This document shows, piece after piece, positions 28,506 to 39,352 of a DNA stretch of 64,000 nucleotides (its first letter is position 1; each line of letters begins with the position of its first letter). A program made the position numbers and the translations under genes. Source of the stretch: Gammaproteobacteria bacterium (GTDB lineage Bacteria; Pseudomonadota; Gammaproteobacteria; Poriferisulfidales; Poriferisulfidaceae). The notes under the pieces are model-generated. The model was not told the DNA's origin, made no database searches, and worked only from the letters and a program-made list of their open reading frames with translations. Location: contig JAPONY010000081.1 in assembly GCA_026713705.1 (NCBI GenBank), forward strand, positions 431 to 64,430. Direction: 5' to 3'.

Positions 28506-28535
28506 ATCATATTACGCGAGAATGAACGGTTTCAA
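28506..28535 (-). promoter_or_regulatory. candidate promoter of the hsdM-led operon (TTGAAA-18 nt-TATGAT on the minus strand)
   Basis: On the plus strand, 'atcata' at 28506-28511 and 'tttcaa' at 28530-28535, about 80 nt upstream of the hsdM ATG. By-eye match only. Confidence 0.3.
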
Positions 28536-28597
28536 TTCTCCCAGGCCGATTTAAGGTTGGCAGGCCCCGCATGAAGCGAGGCTCATGATCTCTGCCG

Positions 28598-29809
28598 TCA
28601 TCGCGGCCTGAGCCAATCGGCCACGGGTCTCAGCAAAAACGTTTCCAGATCGATGCCCCCTTCTCCGATCAGCAGTTTGCGGGTTGGCTTGAAAAGTCTG
28701 GAGAAAGCTGTCATGCCTGCCCGAGCGCCAGATGGGCGCCCACTTTTCACCTCAATGGCAATCAAGTGGTCTCCCGACTGGATGATGAAATCGACTTCCC
28801 GGCCCTGTTCGCGCCAATAATGAATGACACAATCGCCGGAGAGGGCCGCATTAATCAGGTGGGTGCCGACCGCCGACTCGACCAAGTGCCCCCAGAATTC
28901 CGAATCCCCGCGGGCCTTGGAAAAGGAGATGTTCTTTTGCGCCGTAATCAGCGCAGTGTTGAAAACCTGGAGTTTCGGGCTTGACGCTCTTTGCCTTATC
29001 CGGGTTCCCGCGTACTTCGCCAATCCCGACACCAGGCCAGCGCCCGCCAACAGATCAAGGTAATAGGCCAGCGTGGTCGTATTGCCGGCATCCTGCAACT
29101 GGCCCAGCATCTTGTTGTAGGAAAGGATTTGCCCGGAGTAGGCGCAACCCAATTCAAGCACCCTGCGGAGTAATGCCGGCTTGTTCACCCGCGACAGCAA
29201 CAGCACATCGCGTGAAATAGTCGGCTCAATCAGCGAATCGCGAACGTAGCGAGCCCATCGGGTCGGCTGTTTTATCAGGCGTGCCGCACCGGGATAGGCT
29301 CCGTAAAAAACGTATTGTTCCAAAGACCACCCGAACACTTCACGCATCTCCACGAAACTCCAGTGTGGAAGATGTGAGACTTCGAAGCGGCCAGCCAAGC
29401 TCTCGCCCAAGCCACGCTGGACGAGAAGCGGGGCTGAACCAAGCAGAACGACCTTCAGGGATCTGCCCACATGCGTGTCGGCGTCCCAGTATGCTTTCAC
29501 CGCCTCGGACCAACCCGTGACTTTTTGCACCTCATCAAGAATAAGAAGTGCGCCATTTCGGTCTGCCTCATCGGCAAGCAGGCGAGCAGCCTCCCACTGC
29601 TGCCCAATCCATGAGATGTCGCGAAGAACCGGTTGATCAGCACTAGCATAGTGCATGGGCAACCCCGACCGGTCAGCCACCTGTTTGACGAGGGTCGTCT
29701 TTCCAACCTGCCGCGCACCCGAAAGGACTTGGATAAAACCACGGGGCTCCACCAAGCGCTGGATAAGATCTTCAGCCTGAGGGCGTACGTAATCTGGCAA
29801 ATTACTCAT
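28598..29809 (-). CDS. AAA ATPase with C-terminal DUF4143 domain (COG1373-like)
   Basis: 'VLSGARQVGKTTLVKQV' Walker A and 'LLILDEVQ' Walker B; a C-terminal nuclease-like DUF4143 region ('EVDFIIQSGDHLIAIEVK'). Confidence 0.8.
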   Translation of the reverse strand: MSNLPDYVRPQAEDLIQRLVEPRGFIQVLSGARQVGKTTLVKQVADRSGLPMHYASADQPVLRDISWIGQQWEAARLLADEADRNGALLILDEVQKVTGWSEAVKAYWDADTHVGRSLKVVLLGSAPLLVQRGLGESLAGRFEVSHLPHWSFVEMREVFGWSLEQYVFYGAYPGAARLIKQPTRWARYVRDSLIEPTISRDVLLLSRVNKPALLRRVLELGCAYSGQILSYNKMLGQLQDAGNTTTLAYYLDLLAGAGLVSGLAKYAGTRIRQRASSPKLQVFNTALITAQKNISFSKARGDSEFWGHLVESAVGTHLINAALSGDCVIHYWREQGREVDFIIQSGDHLIAIEVKSGRPSGARAGMTAFSRLFKPTRKLLIGEGGIDLETFLLRPVADWLRPR

Positions 29810-29830
29810 TACATTGAGTAATTTTACTCA
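29802..29830. repeat. three 7-bp TTACTCA/TGAGTAA units (direct, inverted, direct) over the ATPase start codon
   Basis: TTACTCA at 29802-29808, TGAGTAA at 29815-29821, TTACTCA at 29824-29830. The first unit contains the ATG (as its complement) of the 28598..29809 gene. Confidence 0.4.
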
Positions 29831-29981
29831 TTTTATTGGGTGAATCAACCCCTCGCGGACAACAGCGAGGCGTTCGCCAAGGCGAGCTAGCCGACCCCCT
29901 CATCTTTCGGAAACCGGCTTTCGGCACGACATTATGAACAATCCCGCCCACACTTGCGGTAAACTCCGCCCACATGCACCA

Positions 29982-30740
29982 ATGCAGGGATATATTTTGA
30001 CGTCTTCCATCGCTTGTCCGCCCACCCAGCAAACCCCGCACAAGAAAGGCTTGGCGGCGGCCATATCGCTCGCAAGTCTGGCTTTGTTGCTCCAAGGCTG
30101 CGCCACCTTGTCGGAGAATGAATGCGAGACGGCGGACTGGTGGCTCATCGGTCAGGAAGACGGATCCAAAGGCCTGTCTCTTGCCCACATCGAGGAACAC
30201 CGGGAATCCTGCGCAGAGCATGGGGTGACGCCCGACCGCGATGCCTATGCCAAAGGCCACCGCAGCGGCCTGGCGGTCTACTGCACCCGGTTCACCGGCT
30301 ACAAGGTCGGCCGAAGCGGCCGGCCCTACCATGGAATCTGCGACGGCCCGCTGGCGGAAGCGTTCGACCCCGGGCTTCGCAGGGGGCGGATGGTGCACGC
30401 GCTGGAGACGAAAGCCTGGGACATCAAGCAGAAACGAGAAAGTCTAGGGGAGAAGATCGGGCGGCTGGAACATGAGCGGAAGACGCTGCAGGAGAAACTC
30501 GCGGCGGACGAAAGCATCCCCCAGGACCTAGAAAGCATGGCGGAGAAGGTCGTGGAGCTCGGCCAGGAACTGGAAGTGCTGAAGCAGGAATACGAAGACT
30601 CGGCCCAGACGCAGGCCGATGCCGTGGCGCGGTTCGACGAAGCGATCGAACAGGCACGGGACGATGGCTACGCCGACGACGGCGAGCTACTCGGCGGAAC
30701 GCGGCGGATCATCCGGTCCTTGAAGGACGAGTTGGACTAA
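29982..30740 (+). CDS. DUF2799-like lipoprotein with C-terminal coiled coil
   Basis: Start taken at ATG 29982. Lipobox 'LLLQGC', 'CETADWWLIGQEDGSKG...YC...GYKVGRSGRPYHGIC', then an acidic heptad-rich tail. Confidence 0.65.
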   Translation: MQGYILTSSIACPPTQQTPHKKGLAAAISLASLALLLQGCATLSENECETADWWLIGQEDGSKGLSLAHIEEHRESCAEHGVTPDRDAYAKGHRSGLAVYCTRFTGYKVGRSGRPYHGICDGPLAEAFDPGLRRGRMVHALETKAWDIKQKRESLGEKIGRLEHERKTLQEKLAADESIPQDLESMAEKVVELGQELEVLKQEYEDSAQTQADAVARFDEAIEQARDDGYADDGELLGGTRRIIRSLKDELD

Positions 30741-30873
30741 CGCGGTGGATGCCAGGACCGGACCCGCGTCCGTCACCCCCGAACGAAGCCAACCTTCGCC
30801 AACCCTCGTTGATGGAAAGGTTCGAGTCATCACGACAAACCGGCTCGCACCTGCAATATAATCCGCCCACATC

Positions 30874-31635
30874 ATGAACGAGAGGGCGCACACCCTGATG
30901 CTTTCCGCTTCTTGTTCGCCCCCTCAACAGACTTGGCCGAAGAAAGGCTTGGCAGCCGTCATATTGCTCGCAAGTGCGGCTTTATTGCTCCAAGGTTGCG
31001 CCACCCTGTCGGAAGATGAATGTTTGGCGGCAGACTGGTGGATTATCGGGCACAAGGATGGGTCCGAAGGCGAGCCTTTTGCCCTTCTTGCGGAACACCA
31101 TGAAGCCTGCGCAGAACATGGGATAAAACCCGACCGCACCGCCTACGCAGAAGGCCGACAAAGCGGGCTGCAAACATATTGCTCACGGTTCAACGGCTAC
31201 AGAGTCGGCCGAAATAACAGCCGTTACCGCGGGGTCTGCACGGGTCCGCTGAAAGAATCATTTCTGGCAGGGTTTCGCAGAGGGAAAGAAGTGCGCGAAA
31301 TGGAGATGGCCGTGTGGGCCATCAAGCAAGATCGGCGGAAGCTCAGGAAGAAAATCCGCAAGCTGGAAGAAAAACTGGAAGCGCAGCGCGCGAGGTTCGA
31401 GTCGGACGAGAGCAGTCCCGACGACCGGGAAGACGCCTGGGCGAGAATCGGGGAATTCGAATACGAACTGGAGAAGCTGGACCTGGAGTACGAAGAATCG
31501 GGAACAAGACAAGCCGATGTCCTGCTCCGGCTCGAAGAAGCAACCGGGCGGGCGAGAAATGATGGATATTCAGATGATGGCGGGTATCTCCAGACGTATC
31601 GGGATCTCAAGGATTTGGGGGACGCGTTCGACTGA
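30874..31635 (+). CDS. DUF2799-like lipoprotein, tandem paralog
   Basis: Same architecture and lipobox 'LLLQGC' ('CLAADWWIIGHKDGSEG'). Nucleotide-level similarity to the upstream copy is visible around the signal peptide. An alternative start lies at 30898. Confidence 0.65.
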   Translation: MNERAHTLMLSASCSPPQQTWPKKGLAAVILLASAALLLQGCATLSEDECLAADWWIIGHKDGSEGEPFALLAEHHEACAEHGIKPDRTAYAEGRQSGLQTYCSRFNGYRVGRNNSRYRGVCTGPLKESFLAGFRRGKEVREMEMAVWAIKQDRRKLRKKIRKLEEKLEAQRARFESDESSPDDREDAWARIGEFEYELEKLDLEYEESGTRQADVLLRLEEATGRARNDGYSDDGGYLQTYRDLKDLGDAFD

Positions 31636-31932
31636 GGCCGGCGGATTTTTCACCACGCCTGCACCTCTGCCTTCCCACAAACACTTCGGACCTAGCTACC
31701 AGGGATTAACCCTGCAACTCGGGGCGGGCGCCGAATATCTTTCGGGCACACCCAAAATGCATTATGCGAATCTGGGGGAAAGATTCGCAAGTGGTGACCC
31801 TCACAGCCCGGCACGCATTGAATATTCGGATGCCTATGGGTATTTCGGCACTTTCTCCATTGTCGCCGGCCTGTAACCGGAAAGAAGCCATCTCACAACG
31901 TCAGTTTCCAGACTGCACCTCACAAAAAAGAT

Positions 31933-32307
31933 CTATTGATGGGGAAAATACTTGACGTTCGTCAAATCCTTGAAGTCGGCATCCTGCGTCCACAGCGTGG
32001 CCTCATGCCTGCGTGCGGTCGCATAAATGATGCTGTCCGCCAAAGGCAATTGGTATTCGATTCCGAAAACGGCGGCATCCACTGCCAGCCTTTCGTCCAG
32101 GACGACAACCCTCCCCTGCTCCATATGCGCAATAGCTCGCAGGGCGGCCTCCTCTCCTCTTTGGCGCTGGATATTCTTGAACACCTCAGTCAGGGTGATG
32201 CTGGGAACCAGCAGTTCCCCCAGACTGCCTATGGGAGCCGCAAAGGATTGCGCGTTCGGGCCGTCGGCAAAGTAGGACAACCAACCGGACGAGTCGACTA
32301 CGTTCAC
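31933..32307 (-). CDS. vapC: PIN-domain ribonuclease toxin VapC
   Basis: 'VVDSSGWL' N-terminal acidic motif, 'LADSIIYATA' and 'TQDADF' PIN residues. 4-nt overlap with the upstream antitoxin gene. Confidence 0.85.
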   Translation of the reverse strand: MNVVDSSGWLSYFADGPNAQSFAAPIGSLGELLVPSITLTEVFKNIQRQRGEEAALRAIAHMEQGRVVVLDERLAVDAAVFGIEYQLPLADSIIYATARRHEATLWTQDADFKDLTNVKYFPHQ

Positions 32308-32510
32308 AGGCGATCTTCATCCCGCTCTACATGGGTGTCGATGCCTTTCAGAAATCCCCTCAGGTTCTCCAGCGGCTCTATGGGAATCAATTGTATCTGG
32401 TCGCGGCAACGGATCATCTGGATTTTCTGTCCCGGCACGATCCCGCTCGACTCTCGGATTTTTTTAGGAATCACAATCTGATATTTTGGCGAAACGGTGA
32501 CGGTGGCCAT
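32304..32510 (-). CDS. vapB: AbrB/SpoVT-family antitoxin VapB
   Basis: 'VTVSPKYQIVIPKKIRESSGIVPGQKIQM' swapped-hairpin motif; AGGAG SD. Confidence 0.85.
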   Translation of the reverse strand: MATVTVSPKYQIVIPKKIRESSGIVPGQKIQMIRCRDQIQLIPIEPLENLRGFLKGIDTHVERDEDRL

Positions 32511-32544
32511 GAAAGGTACTCCTTCGATACGTCTATCATACTAT

Positions 32545-32573
32545 ATTATAGAGATCGATATATTTTTTGTAAA
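32545..32573 (-). promoter_or_regulatory. vapBC promoter (TTTACA-17 nt-TATAAT on the minus strand) with ATCGAT-containing palindromes
   Basis: On the plus strand, 'attata' at 32545-32550 and 'tgtaaa' at 32568-32573, with an exact 17-nt spacer containing ATATCGAT. The -10 box is about 35 nt upstream of the vapB ATG. Confidence 0.5.
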
Positions 32574-32619
32574 ACAGCGTGTATCGAGTCGTCCCTGAAG
32601 TATTCATAATAAGTTGATT

Positions 32620-32739
32620 TTATTGACTTAAAGCCGCATCCATACTGCCCCGCAAAGCATTGGCCATCTGCCACAACTTAGCCTCATAGCCAATAGTTGC
32701 ACCATTGTCAACTGGTTTTTCCTTTTGCTTTCGCGGCAT
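32620..32739 (-). pseudogene. N-terminal fragment (39 codons) of a second type I R-M hsdM gene
   Basis: The minus-strand translation is [39 protein letters not shown]. It aligns with the resident HsdM N-terminus '...[30 protein letters not shown]' and stops right after GSMDA. Confidence 0.7.
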
Positions 32740-32875
32740 ATCACGCTTCCATTATTTTCCCGCGCCTCTGCGAGACCTCTCCGAACCTAACAAGCAGCCC
32801 TACAATTGGGGGTGAAAATCACTTTATGCCAAGATCAGGGATGTTGTTTACACAGAACAATAAAAGTTCAAATCC

Positions 32876-33640
32876 TTATGCGGCAAGTTTTTCTTGCATT
32901 TGCTTACGACTGGACCATAAAACCGGAGACACATCATAATTACGAAGGGCGCTCAGAACATTCTCCGAAATTGTTTGTTCCGAGTCATTTAGGATCGCGT
33001 AGGCATGGGCATCCGAGGCGCGTGTTTCCTTTATGTCTGTCCAAGAAAATATCACTGACTGCGCCGCATCTCTGTTAGGACGATTGATCGCGCGCAGCAC
33101 TCGTTCCGGTTTGGTTTCTGATTTTGGGATAACAAAATCGAAACGATGATCATAGCCGCTTTTGCCAGTAAACTTAACACTAGGTGTATACCGAATCCTC
33201 GCACTATCTAACCAGACCGTCACATCTTCATTAAACAAGCTAGCGACTGTGGGTGAAGCTAAATAAAACAGATCGTTAATAGCAAGCATTGCCTGCACAA
33301 GGTTATGTTTCCTCAGAGCAAAATCGTTTTCTGACGCCCGTATTTCAAGTGCCTTTCCTTTAGCCTCTACACCAAATCCCTTGAGCGTTGTCTTGAAAAG
33401 AATCTGCCGCCTCGGACTATCTATGCTGCAACCAGACATTTCTAAATCTTCCACGATATGTCCGTCATCTGTCAGCACATACCCGTTGCCCTCGCGCTTA
33501 GCAAAAATTTGAAGGCAGTCATTGTGCCGATCCAAATAAGGTGTGGTGATTTCTACGAAATCGTCAATTTGGCGAAGGCTCGTCCGGTCCCGCAACCATT
33601 GTAAGTATTGGTCGATCTGTGACTGCATATCTTCAATCAT
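32876..33640 (-). CDS. DUF1828 + DUF1829 domain protein
   Basis: Start at ATG 33640 (ATGA overlap with the upstream gene stop). '[41 protein letters not shown]' is DUF1828-like and '[33 protein letters not shown]' is DUF1829-like. The gene is AT-rich. Confidence 0.65.
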   Translation of the reverse strand: MIEDMQSQIDQYLQWLRDRTSLRQIDDFVEITTPYLDRHNDCLQIFAKREGNGYVLTDDGHIVEDLEMSGCSIDSPRRQILFKTTLKGFGVEAKGKALEIRASENDFALRKHNLVQAMLAINDLFYLASPTVASLFNEDVTVWLDSARIRYTPSVKFTGKSGYDHRFDFVIPKSETKPERVLRAINRPNRDAAQSVIFSWTDIKETRASDAHAYAILNDSEQTISENVLSALRNYDVSPVLWSSRKQMQEKLAA

Positions 33641-34083
33641 GCCAGCAACCCTCTTTGAAAGATTGGCGGTTCGGTAATATTGCAAAATCGCATAAAGTCT
33701 TCAAGAGTTTTCAGAGGGTCGTCTAGATTGGAAAAATGTTCGCCTGGAACTGGGAAGGCCCACTTATCACCATATCCCTCACGATAGAGATGAAGGTGCA
33801 ACGGTCCAATTTCTTCACCATCTGGATTCCGGTGCGGTGCGCCACCAAAATCAAGTCTTGCCAGAATCACGGTCTGGCGAGCTCGATTCTGGTATGTGCC
33901 TTTGATGAGGTCAACGCGCGCTCGCCGCAAATCAAGAGAAAACGTCTCGTGGCGATCCGCTGAAACGAGTGGAACCATTATGCGTCCCGTAGGAGACGGA
34001 TAATCGTATCGGGTTTCGTCGACCCGGTGTTTTTCCATTTCTATTAGCGAATCCGCTTCAATTTGTGTAAGGCTTGTTTCCAT
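33637..34083 (-). CDS. hypothetical protein (148 aa) with an 'HRNPDG...HLHLY' His cluster
   Basis: GGAAGGGG SD. A clean AT-rich ORF 113 nt downstream of nuoN and translationally coupled to the DUF1828/1829 gene. No family named with confidence. Confidence 0.6.
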   Translation of the reverse strand: METSLTQIEADSLIEMEKHRVDETRYDYPSPTGRIMVPLVSADRHETFSLDLRRARVDLIKGTYQNRARQTVILARLDFGGAPHRNPDGEEIGPLHLHLYREGYGDKWAFPVPGEHFSNLDDPLKTLEDFMRFCNITEPPIFQRGLLA

Positions 34084-34196
34084 AGAGTAAGCCCCTTCCT
34101 AGAGCACTTCTATTGGTTGGGATGGCGCTTCTCAATCCACAAGTGTGATCGCCGTGCTGCGTAGTGTATCCACCTGCCCAAGCCTCCGCAAATCCC

Positions 34197-35624
34197 TCAC
34201 TGCCCGCCGACAAAAACCCCCGCTGCCCTCTGGCTCATCTCCAGCCAGGGCTGCGGCACCGCGAAAATAACGACCAGCACCAGCGCATTCGCGCTGACCA
34301 GGAAGACATGAGTCAAATCCTCCCCGGGCTCGGCGGGACGCTCCGCCTCCTCGAAGTACATGTACCAGACGATGCGGAGATAGTAGTAGGCGCCCACCAC
34401 CGTCAGCAGCACCGCCGCGACCGCAAGCGGCCACAGCCCGGCCTCGACCACCGCCTGCAGCACGTACAGTTTGGCGTAGAACCCGGCGGTCAGCGGCACG
34501 CCCGCCATGGAAAACATCAGGATCAGCACCATGATCGCCAGCCAGGGATGGCTGTGGTTCAGGCCCTTGAAGTCCTTGATGTCCTCGGCCGTGGTCCGGG
34601 CGTTGAGCAACAGCAGCATGCCGAAGCTTCCCGCGGCCATCAATGCATAGACGAGGGTGTAGAAAACCGCCGAACCCATCCCCTTCGGAGACCCCGCGCA
34701 CAGCGCCAGGAACACGAAGCCGGTGTGGGCGATGGCCGAATAGGCCAGCATCCTCCGGATCCGGGTCTGCGCGATCGCAACAAGATTGCCGAGCAGAAGC
34801 GACAGGACCGCCAGCGCCATCATCAGGGTCGTCCAGTCGGCGGCCAGGGCCATCAGGCCGTCGCCGAACAGGCGCAGCAGGAGCAGCAACCCGGCGATCT
34901 TGGGGGCGGCCGACAGGTACGTCGCCGCAGGCAGGGAAGAACCGTCGTAGACGTCCGGCAGCCACATGTGGAACGGCGTGGCGCCCAGCTTGAACGCCAG
35001 GCCCGCCAGCATGAATACCGTGCCGAGCAACAGGATCCGATTCGTCTCCATCTGTCCCAGTCGTTCTGCCAACTCTCCGATGTGCAGAGTGCCGGTCGCT
35101 GCATACATCAGCGACATCCCGTACAGGAGAAAACCCGAAGCCAGCGCCCCGAGCACGAAATACTTGAGCGCCGCCTCGCCGGCACGACCGTCGTCGCGCA
35201 CCATGGCGATCATCGGGTACAGCGACAGGGCAAGGATTTCCAGTCCCATGTACAGCGCGACCAGATGTTCCGCGCCGCTGATCAGGAACATCCCAACGCA
35301 TCCAAATGTCGCGAGCGTATAGAACTCGTTGGACTGGAGGCGATCGGAAGAAACCGGGTACCCCCGGGCGTACCGGAGGACCAGCACGGTCAGCACGCAG
35401 ATCAGGATGCGCAGGACATCCACCTCGGCGGAACGTTCGAACATGCCGCTCATCAGCAGGATCGGGGCGTCCGGCGCGGTCGCGAGCATCGCGCCCACCG
35501 CCGCCGCCAGCGTCAGCATCGTGAGCGGCCAGGCCAGCGGCCGCGGACACAGCAGGATAAAGCAGGCGCCGACGACCAGCACGATCTCCGGCAGCATCAG
35601 GATCATTTCCTGCGCCACGCTCAC
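34197..35624 (-). CDS. nuoN: NADH-quinone oxidoreductase subunit N
   Basis: 475-aa polytopic ND2-family protein; last gene of the nuoA-N array. Confidence 0.9.
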   Translation of the reverse strand: MSVAQEMILMLPEIVLVVGACFILLCPRPLAWPLTMLTLAAAVGAMLATAPDAPILLMSGMFERSAEVDVLRILICVLTVLVLRYARGYPVSSDRLQSNEFYTLATFGCVGMFLISGAEHLVALYMGLEILALSLYPMIAMVRDDGRAGEAALKYFVLGALASGFLLYGMSLMYAATGTLHIGELAERLGQMETNRILLLGTVFMLAGLAFKLGATPFHMWLPDVYDGSSLPAATYLSAAPKIAGLLLLLRLFGDGLMALAADWTTLMMALAVLSLLLGNLVAIAQTRIRRMLAYSAIAHTGFVFLALCAGSPKGMGSAVFYTLVYALMAAGSFGMLLLLNARTTAEDIKDFKGLNHSHPWLAIMVLILMFSMAGVPLTAGFYAKLYVLQAVVEAGLWPLAVAAVLLTVVGAYYYLRIVWYMYFEEAERPAEPGEDLTHVFLVSANALVLVVIFAVPQPWLEMSQRAAGVFVGGQ

Positions 35625-37111
35625 GGGGCGCCTCCCGCCTTGAACGCCTGCGCCTGGTCGATCAACTGCACCACGGACGGCTCAATCAAATCCAGCAGCG
35701 GCACCGGCCACAACCCCACGCCCAGCACCGGGACGGCCAGCGCCATCAAAATCAGCATCTCGCGCCCCGACAGGTCCTGGAACGCTTTCACCTCCGCGTG
35801 TTCGGCGGGGCCGAACACCACCCGCCGCACCATCCACAGCGAATAGGCGGCCCCCAGCACCACCACCATCGCCGCCAGCACGGCCAGCCACCACCCGGCC
35901 TGGAACGTGGCCAGGATCACCATCACCTCGCCCACGAACCCGGAAGTGCCCGGCAGGCCGGCATTCGCCAGCGCGAAGAACACGAACAGCGCGCCGAACA
36001 CCGGCATCGTCTCGAGCACGCCGCCGTAGTCCTGGATGTTGCGACTGTGCCGGCGGTCGTACAGCACGCCCACGCAGACGAACAGCGCGGCCGACACGAG
36101 CCCGTGCGAAATCATCTGCACGATCGCGCCGCTGACGCTGAGCATGGCCGTCTCCGTCGCCAGCCGGTACAGGATGAATAGCCCGAGGGTGACGAACCCC
36201 ATGTGCGCGATGGAGGAATATGCGATCAGTTTCTTCATGTCGGTCTGCGCCAGCGCGGTGAACCCGATGTAGACCACCGCGATCAGGGACAGCCCGATCA
36301 CCAGCCCGTCAAGCGCGAGCGAAGCATCCGGCGCGACCGGAAGGCAGAAGCGCAGCAGGCCGTAGCCGCCGATCTTCAACAGCACCGCGGCCAGCACCAC
36401 CGAACCCGCGGCCGGGGCTTCGACATGGGCGTCGGGCAGCCAGGTGTGCACCGGCCACATCGGCACCTTCACCGCAAACCCGAGCAACAGCGCGAGGAAC
36501 AGCCAGGTCTGCTCCAGCGACGACAGCGGCAACGCATACCAGTCCGTGATCCGGAAGCTTTCGGACTGGAGGGCCAGATAAACAAACGCCACCAGCATCA
36601 GCACCGACCCCAGGAAGGTGTACAGGAAGAACTTGACGGCCGCATAGACCCGGTTGTCGGAGCCCCAGATTCCGATGATCAGGAACATCGGGATCAGCAT
36701 GGCCTCGAAAAACACGTAGAACAGTGCCGCATCCATCGCGCAGAACACTCCGATCAGCAGGCCCTCGAGAATGAGGAACGCCGCGAAGAATTGCGTGATG
36801 TGGCGTGTGGCGGTGTTCCAGCCGGTCAGGATGGCGAGCACGCCGATGAAGGCGGTGAGAACCACCAGCGGCAGCGACAGGCCGTCGACGCCCAGGTGAT
36901 AGTCGATGTTGAAGGCCGGAATCCATGAGGTCTGGTATTGCCACTGGTAGCCCGCCGCCGGGTCGAAGCCCGCCACGGCCACGAGCGACAGCACGAACAC
37001 GAACAGGCTGGCCGCCAGCGACCAGCGGCGCACCACGGCCGGGTCCCGAAGCACCAGGGTCGCGAAGCCCGCCGCGATCGGCGTCCAAATCATCAGCCCG
37101 AGCAAGGACAC
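35621..37111 (-). CDS. nuoM: NADH-quinone oxidoreductase subunit M
   Basis: 496-aa ND4-family antiporter-like subunit; 4-nt overlap with nuoN. Confidence 0.9.
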   Translation of the reverse strand: MSLLGLMIWTPIAAGFATLVLRDPAVVRRWSLAASLFVFVLSLVAVAGFDPAAGYQWQYQTSWIPAFNIDYHLGVDGLSLPLVVLTAFIGVLAILTGWNTATRHITQFFAAFLILEGLLIGVFCAMDAALFYVFFEAMLIPMFLIIGIWGSDNRVYAAVKFFLYTFLGSVLMLVAFVYLALQSESFRITDWYALPLSSLEQTWLFLALLLGFAVKVPMWPVHTWLPDAHVEAPAAGSVVLAAVLLKIGGYGLLRFCLPVAPDASLALDGLVIGLSLIAVVYIGFTALAQTDMKKLIAYSSIAHMGFVTLGLFILYRLATETAMLSVSGAIVQMISHGLVSAALFVCVGVLYDRRHSRNIQDYGGVLETMPVFGALFVFFALANAGLPGTSGFVGEVMVILATFQAGWWLAVLAAMVVVLGAAYSLWMVRRVVFGPAEHAEVKAFQDLSGREMLILMALAVPVLGVGLWPVPLLDLIEPSVVQLIDQAQAFKAGGAP

Positions 37112-37115
37112 CGCG

Positions 37116-39046
<1,931 letters not shown>

Positions 39047-39050
<4 letters not shown>

Positions 39051-39352
39051 CCGCGCACCTCGCTCAGGTCCTCGGCATCGATGGTCTCGCGGCTGCGGAA
39101 CACCACCACCACGATGGCCAGGCCGATCGCGATCTCGGCGGCGGCGATCGTCAGGACGAACAGCGCGAACGCCTGTCCCCCGAGGTCCTGCAGGTAATGG
39201 GACGCCGCGATGAAGTTGGTGTTGACCGCAAGCAGGATCAGCTCCAGCGACATCAGCAGCACCAGCGCGTGCCGGCGGTTGACGAACACGCCGGCGACGC
39301 CGATGGCGAACAGCGCTCCGGACAGGAGCATGAAATGGGTCAGACTCAGCAT
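39047..39352 (-). CDS. nuoK: NADH-quinone oxidoreductase subunit K
   Basis: 101-aa ND4L-like protein with three TM helices; overlaps nuoL and nuoJ. Confidence 0.9.

Noticed and set aside
31636-31876. The frame continuing past the second DUF2799 gene ends '...GLTLQLGAGAEYLSG...YSDAYGYFGTFSIVAGL', which is faintly like the last strands of an outer-membrane beta-barrel.
   Set aside because: There is no start codon or SD, it is very short, and the resemblance is subjective. It is at best a pseudogene fragment and needs BLASTX to decide.
34132-35550. Same-strand alternative-frame ORFs inside nuo genes (34132..35550, 36309..37088, 37336..38892, 40538..41467, 41406..42941, 44085..44705, 45936..46559).
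   Set aside because: They are off-frame overlaps of nuoN, nuoM, nuoL, nuoH, nuoG, nuoF and nuoD with low-complexity Arg/Pro/Gly translations. The nuo frames carry the conserved motifs.
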